Assembly: GCA_965655095.1 (NCBI GenBank)
Contig: OZ296650.1
Span: 80,290,001 to 80,354,000, forward strand
Direction of reading: 5' to 3'
Length of the DNA: 64,000 nucleotides
Origin: Haplodiscus bocki
Taxonomy: Eukaryota
How positions within the stretch are numbered: the stretch's first letter is position 1; each line of letters begins with the position of its first letter. The position numbers and the translations under genes are program-made. Of the stretch, positions 39,141 through 51,559 are shown piece after piece. The notes below the pieces were generated by a model. That model did no database searches. It saw only the letters and a program-made list of their open reading frames with translations, and had not been told where the DNA came from.

Positions 39141-40031
39141 GGGGTGGTCAAACCGGGTATACCACATACAGTACTACCAAGATTGAGGTCTTCAGGAATT
39201 CAAATTTCTTCGCAGGGTTGTTACTTCTCATTTTTGAGTTAATCCTTTCCTTTTTATTTTCCGTGGAAAAAATTTCTTGAATACAAAAAATTCTATTCAG
39301 TAGTTGGATGGTTTTCTTTCTAGTATTGCCCATGACGAACAGACTGTCTGCAGAATCGTTGGCGGCTTGCACAATAAATATGTGCGTTGGCACTGTGTTT
39401 ACGTTGCTCACAAGTAGTGGGTTTGAGTACCATTGTCGATCACCTTCTGAATATTTTTCAAGGTACCCGTGAACGCATTTTTTTAAATAGCAAAAAGCAA
39501 GGTTTTTTCCTCAAACTTCAAGGTTTTTTGATATTTTCGTTAAATGAGATCTTTTTTAGCCAAAAAATTAGCCTTCCGACGTAATTGAAACATACTGTTT
39601 TCTCCCAATACTTTCCCCAAAATTCAGAAAATTGTTTTGGTTATCCCTGAAACACCGGATTTTTTCAAAAATTTATAAAAAATTCAATTCTAAATATCAA
39701 AATTCAATATTTCTTTTCAGTTTTTTTCTTGGCAGCATTTTTCGCTCCCCTAGTTTCCTCGGGGTCAAAGATTTCAGAATTGTTTTGCCAGAACCTATCG
39801 TTTTGTGATACCCAAATTGAAGGAGTGTCGAGAAAACGCAATTAGTATTGAAATTTTTTCGATTTTGCAACTCACTTGTCTCCAAAACACAAGGTTTATA
39901 TTTCCGATTAGGTCACAATCGAAGTTTTTTTACTTGTAATGGAAAATTCCGCCGAAAAATCTGAATTTTTTTGCGTTAGAAACTTGATGGTTTAATAGTA
40001 CGAGAAAACTCCCGATAGTTATGAAAAACTA

Positions 40032-41183
40032 CCCGGGTCGAAATATTGGCCGGAATTTTTCCAGTATGAGGGCGTTAACGGCAGTTCAAAATTAGCCAGA
40101 GAAGCCGTAATTATTCGAGAAAATAGCGGCGTTAACGGCATTCATCCGAAAAAATAGCGATCGTATTTTTGCTGCCATACTAGAAAAGTACCGGCGAAAT
40201 TTTAGCGCTGGTGTACCTGAAAAGTACCGAATACCATTTTTTCCGTCAATATACTTGCAGTTCTAAATATACTTCCCAGCTGAAATCGGCCTCAGTGAAA
40301 AACAACGTCCAAAAACGAAGAAATGTAGCCCAGACCACCAGGATATGAAAATGCAAAGTGAGCGAAATTACTAAAAGAATTAAAACTATCGCAACACTTG
40401 CAAGACACGAACTAAGACGTCGAGTCATTACATTTTCAAGTTTTGCGTACTCGTGGCTGGTCATGACCTGCTCACTGACACTGGCAGGGCTGCTTCGTGC
40501 AGGTGTAACTTCCAAGCTTTATCATTGCACAAAAAACTACAGAAATTTGAAGGGTCATCAGAATATATGGTTCTCACCCCAAAACAATTTCAATATTTCG
40601 GGCACAAAAAAACAATACTTTACTCCTGGCCTTAGAAGACAACGCGGAGGATTAAAAGAGGCTGCAATGTAACAAATAAAAATGGATTTTGTTGCCAGCT
40701 TGAAAAAGAACTAAAGAAAACTTGCATGAAGCTTTCAGATGAAAACTGTTGGATATTTTTAGAAGATACGATCTAAAAAAGGGGATTTTTACATGATCAG
40801 TCTTCGTGTAATCTTGCTTGGCCGTGACATGTTCACTCACACTTGCGCAGCTACCACATTTAGGCCCAGATTCAAAGCCTCCTCGGTTTCCCCACACTTT
40901 CGAGGAAATATTGCTCTGAAAGCTTCGCAACATTTTGAAAGAATTTTGAATGACCAAGACTTTTTGATTCTTCATGATGTAAGTACTTTAGATTTTTCGT
41001 AGAGGCATTTTTTTGGCATAACAGCGTTAACGGCGTTCAACCGGAACGCTGAAGGCATTAACGGCGGTCTTTGTCGGTATAAAGGCGTTAACGGCGTTTT
41101 GCTAGAAAACTTGTGGCGTGGCGGCGTTTACGCCACAATACCGGAAAAAATAGCGGCATATTCCCCAAAAATTTCAACCCGGG
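40032..41183. mobile_element. Non-autonomous TIR element with CCCGGG termini, TA flanks and subterminal repeats
   Basis: TA|CCCGGGTCGAAAT ... ATTTCAACCCGGG|TA. GGCGTTAACGGC-like repeats at 40071, 40128, 41023, 41054 and 41084. Confidence 0.75.
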
Positions 41184-43189
41184 TAGTATCAAAAGGACAA
41201 AAGCTACTCGTTTTCCAAATTTATGGATGCTATTTTGAGAGGAATCTTTAGGGAATCCAACCTTTGACGGCGTTCTGATTGGTTGATTATCCATTTCCTA
41301 ACTGTTGTATTTGTTTGCATTTGGATAAAGCTGTCACGAATTGTGCCCCGTATTAAAATGAGACCACTCCAGTGGTGAAATAATTGTGAACATCATTGGT
41401 TATTTCTAAAAATTGTTCATTATGCAATGCTCAGCACTGGTTGTGAGAAACTTTAAAATGACTAGTCATGCTCAAAGGTGATCAATGATTTTGAGAGATT
41501 CTCATACAACTGAACAATCAGAATCATTGAAAAGCTGCGCTACAAATAGCTGGTAGCGATATACTCTCAGCAAGAACGGAATGTCTATAGAAACTGAAAG
41601 TGGGGTGGGTTATTGAAGCAATAACGGAAATTATTGTTTTATATTTGGGATATTATATCGAAATATACAGTAAATGATATATGCAATGAATGAATTTATT
41701 CGCAGTAGATTTGACAGTACCTCAAGCAACAAAATGTGGGCTTTAAAAGCTTCCGTAAACCTTCTCATAAAAGCTTACACAAAGAATGTCAAAACTGCGT
41801 ATCAATCGGAGTTTCGGTATTTACTGTTTCAAAAAGAAAAAAATCAAAAACAGCAAAGGATTTTAAACTTCAAAAATAGTCTGAGCATATCTTTCGGTTA
41901 TTGCAAGAAGGTGTCAGGAACAACGGTTTTTGGCGTTTTGCAACAAAATGGAACATTCACGTCAAAATTATATACTATGAGAGGTTGAAGGTATCGCAAG
42001 CGGTCGCCTACAATGGCGCAATTTATGACAGCAACTGCGAAATCCCCAGTCGTGACTCCCTCTCCGTACCCCTCCTATTTCAAGACTAAAACAAATTAAA
42101 ATAAACTCTTATTCTGTGTGAATACTTCGAATTTTAGTCCTATGACCTTATAAATTCATTTTTGATGTAAATCCAACTTCAAAAAAGTTTGTTGATATTT
42201 GGAAAAGCACAAAAGTTTGGCAAAACGAATTGAGGAGTGGTGTTTGTTCTCAAACAAAAAGTCTCAACTTTTTTATGATTAAGCGATCGCTGTATTGTGA
42301 TTGATTGTTATATCTAAACAGTGGATAGTACTGTGAAAAAGGTGGGCTTAAAACTAAATGGCTAATAATGTGCTTCAATGCGGTTGAAATAAAGCCGGAT
42401 TGTTCCAAAAATTGACTGTTTTGACTGCTTGATATCAGCGATGCCAAAAAAGTCAAGCAAAAAGTGTCATGCCTTGAAAGCGAACCGCATTACATTAGTT
42501 ACCCCCTATTGTTATCAGCATAAGCTGATGAAACCCTGAATTGAAAACAAATGTTAAGTTCACCAAATACTCGTAACTACTATCTTTGAAATACTGGTAG
42601 GTTTAAACATAAAACATAAGACTCTGTAAATATGAGAACGTTATTTACTATTTCTAAAGAAGAAAAAAATGCAACATTGTTGAGTGTGAAGCCTAACTTT
42701 GATAAGGTATGTGTTTTGATGAAAGATGATGAAAACAATTGTGAAAATGACATTGAACTTGTTTTGTAGTAAGTTGTTTGAATCAGATTACCGAGCTTTG
42801 TTTAAATTACAAGTGAGATATGATTTAAGAACTAAAAATTGAAATCTGCGAGAAGAAACATGGCGAAAATTAGTTGGAATAAAAAAAATATGACTCTCTT
42901 ACGACTGCTGGAGACTTTTTTTTTACAAAACACCGTTGATTTTATATTACTTTTGCAGAACTGTAGAATATTTTCAGAAGACTAAATTATTATTTGAAAA
43001 AAATGCACTTCTACTTTTGTAATATTTACACATTCACATAATTTTATTAGAAGCGACTACATGAAAATTGGACATATTTTATCTTTGAAAAAGAATGGAA
43101 AGTTTCAAAAATTTTCAAGTTTTATCTCTTTGACTAACTGAGATCGTTTTTTTTGACAGTAGAATCAGCATCAAACTCTGAACAAACAG

Positions 43190-43356
43190 ATTCAAACTCA
43201 ATACTAAGTGTATCCAATTAAAAATCATTGTTGAAATTGAGGAAGAAGGAATCAAACAACCCTAAATTAACGCAAACAGAAATAGCAAAAGAAATTGGGT
43301 TTTCTGATTCTTCAATTAAAATTTATAGAAATGATAATATTTTGAACAGCCCGTAG
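43190..43356 (+). pseudogene. Helix-turn-helix DNA-binding protein remnant
   Basis: NPKLTQTEIAKEIGFSDSSIKIYRND (43258-43335) fits the HTH pattern LTQxEIAxxLGxSxSxI. Confidence 0.65.
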
Positions 43357-45039
43357 AAGAAACAATACCAGAAGAACATGGAGCTTTTGGTAAAGAAAAA
43401 AGGATTGGTCAAAGACCTCCCAAAGACCTTTTGAGACCTCCCGTATTGTGAAAGATAGGAGAAAAAAAATTTTACTGGTAGAGATAATAAATACAGCTTT
43501 CAGTTATAATTAATTAACTGATTTTATAAAACCAAAAAATCCAAAAATTCAGAAAAATAAAAGTACTTGTTGATCGAAGTTCAGATGCAAAACATAAAAC
43601 ACAATCACAATCAGGACAAACTGCATTAGTTAATTCAAGTGTAGAATAGTAGTGCAAATATTGGGAAAAACCATTGAAGATTTGGATGAGAAAAATGCAC
43701 TTGAATTTGACAATTTTACTTTTTTACAAATGAAATAGAAATTTCAAGTTCTAGAATTATAGAAGAATTGAGAAAACAAACTTATTTGAAATGTGTAAAC
43801 GATAAAGTTGAACATTAAAGAGATCAAGCGAAACTTTCAAAAAGATAAAGAAATTCAAAAAAAGTTTACAAAAACAAAAACAGGATAAAGGTTAAACACC
43901 AAAAATTTTTGGTTTTGTTTTTACATTGAAAATCATATTTTATTGTGTAAGTTTTTTCTACTTGTTCATCTGTTTTTGTAAGCACGTTCGTTTCTATTTC
44001 AGTTAACAATGTTTTAAAAACTCTGAAAAAAGTGAAGTTCATTATAATGTCGATGGAAAAAATAGACTATAAGGTGAAAGTAAAACTCAAGTAAAACCGG
44101 AAATAAAAAGATTAACAGAAGAAATCAAGGAAGCAATTTCACTTGAAAAGAAGGAAGTTTAGGCGATTTTGATAAAAGAAGGTAACAAAAATTAGCAAAA
44201 TTTTTCGGAAGGAACGGTATACATAGAATCTGAAAAATGTTCTATCAGGTTCAAAAGCATATGATATGACTTCAAATAAAAAAAAACAAAGTTGATCACT
44301 TTTATAATAAACGCATTCAGCTCTGCAATACAACCAGTTTTTAATAAAAGTTAGTTTGATAATTATGGTAATGCTGATGAAACACTAAGAAGCTTTTCAA
44401 CGGCTACGTTAAAAAATAGAGGTAACTTGGATGATAACAATGAAACACCAGACCTCATCTAAAGGATTCATAGAAATCTACCTAATAGGAGGAATTAATG
44501 CAACATCAAATATAGAAACATAGATTTGCTTAAATATTCAGTAATGAACATTATTATTAGCCTGAGGAATTTTAAATGCAAAAAAGGAGATGTAATTTGA
44601 ATCTTTCATTCTTCAATAGGTACAGACTGGGTTACATGCAAAAATGTATGTTACTACTTTCATTCATTTGGGTGTCTTCAACCAAACTTATTAACGGTGT
44701 TTTTTATAAAAGGAAATCAAAAATTCATATTTTTCGAGTGAGTTTAATACCCAATAAAAAGACAGTTTTTGTGCTACCCAATGTTCATGAAGAGTATACT
44801 TAACAAAAGTTTTGGAAGTGGATTTCAAATTTGCTGTATTAAATTTAACTTTCAATCAATATTGACAAACAGAAGCACTGCGATAGTTAATTGCGTCAGG
44901 TTTTTAATGAACAAAAAGGGCCGCAAAGAGAGCCAGATTCACTTCACAAGAGGTGAAGATTTAAGAGTTTTTCTCCTAATTATTGAAAAAATGTTCTCAT
45001 AAAAGGTTCAAAATTTTTTTTTCAAATTTTGAATTTTAA

Positions 45040-46090
45040 GTAACCATGATGACAACTAACAAACCATACTTTTTCTCGATTCTGATTAAGAGACAAACAG
45101 ATGTACTCAATGAAAAAAAGAAAAAGTTTAGAGTTCTAACAAAAAAGCCCAATTGAACTTTCTTTTTCAATACTCTTTTAAAAGCGGAAAAAGGAAATGG
45201 ATCTTGATTGTGAGTAGATTGGAAGTTTACTATAGTTTTCCTCAAGAAAAAGAGGAAACCCATGAATTTTCATCTGATTGTCCTGGGCATTCGAAAAGTC
45301 CAGAAACAATTACAAAGTAAATAGTTTTTTTAATTGTTTAGATATTAGTGGGAAGATTTTTTGCGGCGGAATTGGAAAGCAGAGGAGAAGAAACAGAAAA
45401 TCAGACGGGGAAGTTGGTAACTTTTATTATTTGTCAGATCGTGATTAAGTTATACCTAACAAAATCTAGAAAAAGGATAAATATTAGACGAGAAATTCAG
45501 CATACTAATCAGATGAAGAACGTTCCTGAACGCAAAATAAAGTAGTTAGAAGGAAATTAACTTATGGAGAATTGTCATATCCATTAGATATAAAGTGTAT
45601 AGAACCTACGGAAGGTCTTCAGTAAATTACCAGCAGGTATCTTTGCTTCGGCAAGTTTCGATATTTTTTTCGAAAAAAACCTTTTACCATGAATTAGAAG
45701 TTTTTATGCTACAACTGATAGTGTTACAATGAAAACGAATCTGGTTATACACGTCTTAGTAAAGGAAAAATAACATTGTTTTAAGAAATCGTCTTTTGAA
45801 AACATTACTAGGATTTCTAGGGAGAGATTTTGCTGAAGGATTTATTAAACTTGGTGAACCTAATAAAGTTACAGAAAGTAAGGAAACGGCTCCTAGAATG
45901 TGATTGCTTTGATGGAAGTACCTTTAGATACAGTTTGCTTAGTTTTCCATTCGATAAACCACCAGGTTAAAAAACCCTAACACTGGGTTCTATAAAAGAA
46001 ACTTCTTCCAAAATGAATATCATTTTACTTCGAAGATTTCAAGATAAAAACCCAATTTTTTACGGGGAAACGTTTACAGTCACAGTATGA
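45040..46090 (+). pseudogene. Minor capsid/penton-like remnant
   Basis: N-terminal KWILIVSRLEVYYS; C-terminal CDCFDGS...LSFPFDKPPG*K...FYFED...FYGETFTVTV. These resemble Polinton minor-capsid patterns. Many frameshifts. Confidence 0.55.
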
Positions 46091-46429
46091 AATTGAAGAA
46101 AAGTTTGATACAGATGAACCTAAATACGTTTACGCCCAAAAACGGTTGTAAAGTTTTTTGAAACTGATACAAATTTTAGACAAACTGAAATAAAACCACA
46201 AGAAGCGTCAGAACATAAGTTAACAACAGCAATGGAGACTTTATCAGTTTTACCCCATTGAAAGTAGAAGAAGATGAAAGGATGTTAGGATTAACTAGCT
46301 AAGAAATAAGCAATTCTAATTCCAAAATAAATCAGGCAAACGATTAAATTGAATTTTGTTTTGACGATGATATGGAGGAAACTGCCGGCTGCATCGATAA
46401 TGCACATTTTGGAAGCTCAGTGAAATCAA

Positions 46430-46680
46430 ATTTAATTGGGTAAGTATCTGTAAGACATTTATCAAAAACGCGATTCTAGTGGTAGACATGTGAACTTTAC
46501 GTTTCCAGAAGTAAACATGAAAAATTCAAATTAATGTACCAACTTTTTGTGTAAGATCATAGGTATAATTTAAAACTTTGACAAAAGATTTTGAGGTAAT
46601 AAACTTCAAAATTAATTGATAGTACAACATGGTGTGTTTATGGCCTCTACTTCATTTTTTTAAGAAATGAAAGTGCAAGC
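46430..46680 (+). pseudogene. Possible adenain-like cysteine protease remnant
   Basis: DSSGRHV (compare GxHW) at ~46473, and LQN...IDSTTWCVYGLYFI (compare QxxxSxxCGxYCLYF) at ~46605-46660. Confidence 0.35.
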
Positions 46681-48199
46681 AAGCTTGTGAGTTTTAAGTA
46701 TCTTTATCGATCAGTTTCTATAGAATCTGCTTCTGACCAAGCCGTCAAAATCGGAAAATTATTTAATATGGCGTTTTGAAACCGAACCCGCGTTTCCGCA
46801 GGTATTAGATTTTGTTGACGTGATTGGAGAAAATCGATGTTTACAATTTTGCCATAAATTTATACCAGCAAACTTAAAGAATTCATTGACTAAGAATCAC
46901 CTTGAATTCAAATTCCAAATTACGTAGTATGACAAGTGAGAAACTTTTCTTGTTGCGTTGGTGGTTGTTCTTAGTCACTCCTAAGAGAATTGAAAATGAT
47001 ATGGAGAAAACAGCTCGAAAATCTTAGATTGGCAATTGTGTTAAATGTCGGAGAGTAAAATCGAGGACTCCCAATCATAATACTAAGGATGCCGAAGTAT
47101 TGGGTCAAATTTTCAAAAAGTTAGGATTACTTTTTGCTGAATCTGCTAACGATATGGCAGCATAGGTCACACAATATTTCTGGAGGGGCTTTGGCATTGG
47201 GGTCAAAAGTTAAGGTTTTGGATCTTTTCAAAAATCCTAAAGCATCTTTACCGGGTGTCCCAGGTGAAACAATTTTTCTTCATACTGGGAATGAAATTCA
47301 TCCTGGAATCTTTGTCTCAAAACAATTCTAAAATTGACTTTTCAATTGAATATTTGACTTAAAGCAAGTTAAATTGATACACCTTTGGAACCGATTAAGA
47401 AAATTGAGAAAAAAAATTAAAAAGAAAGTGTTTGATACTAAGGTATTCAGAAACACAATTGCGAGTCTTTGCGAAATGATTACCTATTCCAAAGACGAAA
47501 ACACTGATTTAAAGAAGAATTTTCAAAAATATAAAAATAACAAACGATATCTACAAGAAATTTTATGAATGCTACCTTTGTAAAAACAGTTCCAATATCA
47601 ACTTCTGTCACATAATCCATTAAAGGATCTGTTTTGAAAGTAATACCATTTTCAGCTGGAAAAACGTTTTATCTGAAGTCATTTCAAATAACGATAAAAC
47701 TTTTTGGAAAATCCTTTTTTAAAACTTACTAAACCGTTAACTAAACGGATGAAATACTGAAAGAAATTTTTGCAGATGATCTGATTTACAATAAAGAGTA
47801 TGAAACTTTTTGTAGTATTTTTACAAAACTTGTCAATGAAAATAAAATGTTTTTCTGTAGAAACGAAATAAAAATAAAAAAAATAATTTTTTAAATAAAA
47901 CTATTTCAATTCTCGAAATTCCCAGAAGTAAGTCTAGAGGTAAAGCGTTCGCTGAGAAACAACTCCCACAAATGAGTGCCAATGGATTTTTTTTTCGAAA
48001 TTTATTTTTTTTAACTGTTTTTCGAGGCCGATAACTAACGTTTAGAGTGAGATAAGAATCATACCAAATTAGAAAACAATTAGATGGGTTGATTGAAATA
48101 AAGATCAGTTGATACAATTGTGAAAAAATTTTCGTGATGAAAAGACTGTTTTTTTATACTGAACGAATCCCATCACAAGAGACCTAAAATTAAATAGAT

Positions 48200-48400
48200 A
48201 TTGACAGAATGTTGATTTTAGGTCCATCTGTTTCGACTAAAATGTTTTTGAAAGAAAAAGAATTGAAGGAAAAATAAGGATAGAGAAGTCTCTCTGAATA
48301 CCAAGTCTCCAAGTCTGCTGAGCAGTCTCAGAGTTTGAGAAAGCCACTAATCGGCAAAGTGAAAAATTTAATATACAAGAAGAATTTTGAAAAATGAATG
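48200..48400 (+). pseudogene. Packaging (A32-like) ATPase remnant
   Basis: RMLILGPSVSTKMFL is a decayed Walker A (hhhhGPSGSGKT). Walker B was not found. Confidence 0.5.
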
Positions 48401-49539
48401 AAGATCAAGTTGAAACAAACCCTTTTAAAGAACATAAACGTGATAAAATATTCTATTGAAAAAATGAATAAATATTAGATGCCCTAATAGAATTAGAAAA
48501 TTTCAAGGAGCGAGCCAAATATTACGTTTTCAGGAACAGTTAGATATACAGAATTCTCAAAATGATGCTCATGAATTTTTGATCCATTCACACAAACAGT
48601 TGACATTACAGTTGAAAAACCAATTGTTGAGTATCATTCCATTACTAATACCAAAGAGATACTTCGGGAAATTGTTTGCGAGGATTGTCGTAGTAAAACT
48701 AAATCAAAGAAAAGTTGAGAGCAATTGAAGAAAACAATAAAAAAAATGACAAAAAAAGAAATGATAGAAAAACAATTGAAAAAATAAAATCTTGTAGGGG
48801 TTCTAGAGAAACATCCGTTTTGCATTGGAGTCAGATTCCACTGGAAAAAAAACATGGTTGGCAATCCACTTGAAATTGTCGGAAAATTTTTTATTTAGAA
48901 AAAACTTCTGAATTTTCTGAATTGCAACCAAATGATGAGCTTCTAGAATTGATAACTAATAAAGGTGAGTTCCATCCTCATTCGAAGAGTGATGAATTTG
49001 GAACTATGTATTTTTGCCGAAAGAAATAGAGTCTTTTACAAGAGTAAGACGTGGCAAAAGTCCAGGAGTTACTAGTGATATAATTTAATCAGATTATCCT
49101 AGCAAAAATGACCCAACTGGAAAACATCCTGTGCCAGATTCTACGGAAGCTGATTCCGTGACGGGTGATAAACTTGATGATTGTTAAATTCAGACTGCGT
49201 TTGCATTTGTTGCGGAAACAAACACTGATGGCGAAGATATTGAACGAGTTAATTCTGACCATTACGATGGTGGTATTTGTATTATCCAAGTTGCTCAGTT
49301 TAGCTGGAGTGGTCTGCAAAGAAGATTTTTCGGGAAAGTCCAGATGAAATAAAAACTAAAATGTCAAAATGTTATGGCATGACAAGCCCCATAGAATTGA
49401 TAAAAAGGAATTGATGATGAACTTTGCGGCAAAAGATGGATGATTTAAAAAAATTTGTTTTACCCTCAACCAAGAAAAAGATAGGTTACCTAAACCTATT
49501 GTACATGAAAAGAATTGTTCAATGAAATGATAGACGCAA

Positions 49540-50745
49540 ATCAGATATATCACCCCTGGAATGCGGTTACGTTCGTTTTGCTCCCGACCAGAAATTTTTG
49601 TAAACACTGCTAACTAATATATTATCTATGCTATACCAACAGAAGATACTTTCATCTCTTTTGAAGAGAGTTACCTTGACTTAGTTTTCCAGGCAATGCT
49701 TGAAAAAATTGATACTTTTGCAGATGGAGCTGACATGAGTTTAGTGAGTTTTGGTCCAAACGCTTTTTTCAATGTATCTAAAATATCTACCAGCAGTGAC
49801 AAACATTTGGAAAGTTTTTATTCGCATATTAATTGTTTAAGGAACAATTTTTTTTCTACCATCAGATGCCGGGTTGATTTTCTTGTTTGATTTGATTGAG
49901 ATCGTGGGCGGAGACTAAAAGAGTTTTTGAGTGAAACAGTTCCAGAAAATATTCCAAGAGGAAGTTTCGGAAAAGTTTTTTTTGGATTTGCAGATCATCT
50001 TGAGACTTTTATATACGGGTTAAGAATGAAATAATTGTGCCAAGAAGTTTTCTCACTGAGGTATTAAGTCGTGGTGCTGGATAAATTGGACTTGTTGGTG
50101 TAAAAGTTAACAGTTGGTATGTACCACATTACACAGCAGATAATTTCCAAGATGCAGAAATTTCAACGTATACAAGTTCTAAGCGTCCGATGGAAGTGCC
50201 GTATATCCAAGATCCGGTTTTGTAAAAGATGTAATTACACAGTGTAATTTTATTTCTGATTTTGGGTTTTAAAATGCAAGAGATCTTCCTAGTTACATGA
50301 TAGCGGATATTTAATGGTGGGAAACCTTTGATTTTCCTATTGGAACACAAGGTTGCCTAAATTATGGACCTCCCATTACAAGCGCTCAATGCAATTTCGT
50401 CACAGAAAACTATCCAGATGCAAGTGTGAGGTATGGATTTGGAGATGGCAATTGTTCATAATTTTGTGTAGAGACTGCATCACGGTTGAAATATTAAACA
50501 AACCACAACATTCTTCAATCAGATATAGGAGAAGAAGACTTCAGTTCTGAAGACAATTGCTATAACCTATATGTTTTTGATATAGGTTATCAAGAGAATT
50601 TTCTTCATAAAGACTTGTAAAATTAGAACAGATATTTGTTCTTGACAATTAAGTCCCAGGTGGTACCGTTTGTTACGCTTGCTTGAGGAAAAAGGTTAAT
50701 ACCAATTAGTTTGGAAGACCGAAGACCTTTCCATTTATAGAAAAT
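49540..50745 (+). pseudogene. Double-jelly-roll major capsid protein remnant
   Basis: IYAIPTEDTFISFEESYLDLVF, MSLVSFGPNAFFNVSKISTSSDKHLE, VFFGFADHLETFIYGLRMK, SWYVPHYT (50112-50135), YVFDIGYQ. The SYL, FGF and WxVPH motifs occur in the order seen in Polinton MCPs. Confidence 0.7.
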
Positions 50746-50799
50746 CAATTCTTTCTCCAGAATTTTTACTTGTTTGATCCATCCTTATGATTTCTTTAG

Positions 50800-51525
50800 C
50801 ACAACTTCAACAAACTTCTGAAATATAATATTCAAACGATAATTGAGCTTTGTGTCGAGAAAACTTCTGTAGTTTGTTATTGCTCATAATTCGAATTTGT
50901 TGTAACAACTTTAGAAAAAAAGTCTTTGATACTTTTTGGTTATTCCCATCCAATAAGGTAATATAAACATATTCTCCCTGCGTTTTAAAAGATGCTTCCA
51001 TTGGTGCTAACTTGAATGAAAAATGAACTGTAATAATTTTGTATTTCTGCGTTACTGTACTGTTCCACCTATCCCATTATCATTCCATTTTTCAAAAAGA
51101 GATTATCGAAAGACGTTGCTAACATTTGTGATGAGTCTTCGAGCAATTACTGCTCTTTCTGGGCTATATATTTTTTATCTTTTACTTTTGGTATGATTCA
51201 GGAAGTCTGTTAATGTTTTTCTACTAATTCTTGTCCGTCATCTGTCTCAATTAAATTTGGTTTTTTTCCTACAATCTCCAATTAGTTTTTAAAAACTCCT
51301 ATTGTTTCCACGTTTTTGCTGTTTTATAAAACTGTCGAATCAAAGCTACTGAAGATGTCAATTGCGGCCAAAATATGTGTTTTACTTTTAGTTTTTTGGA
51401 CCAAAATCGATGAGGTCCAATAACTCCACTTTGCAGTTGTCAACATTAAGGGCAACATTAGTCGCCTTGGTAGTACAGATTTTTTCGGAAGGTGTGTATG
51501 GATTCCATTTATGATTTTAGACACA
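50800..51525 (-). pseudogene. Retroviral-like (rve) integrase of Polinton type
   Basis: ELLDLIDFGPKN, THILAAIDIFSSF, RKKPNLIETDDGQEL, RAVIARRLI, HFSFKLAPMEAS. Confidence 0.8.
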
Positions 51526-51559
51526 AATATGGTGAAACTTTTAGTTTTCTAAAAACGTA

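Noticed and set aside
42400-43100. Search for the Polinton left TIR and TSD
   Set aside because: No inverted match to the region beyond 54800 was visible by eye, so no terminus is called.
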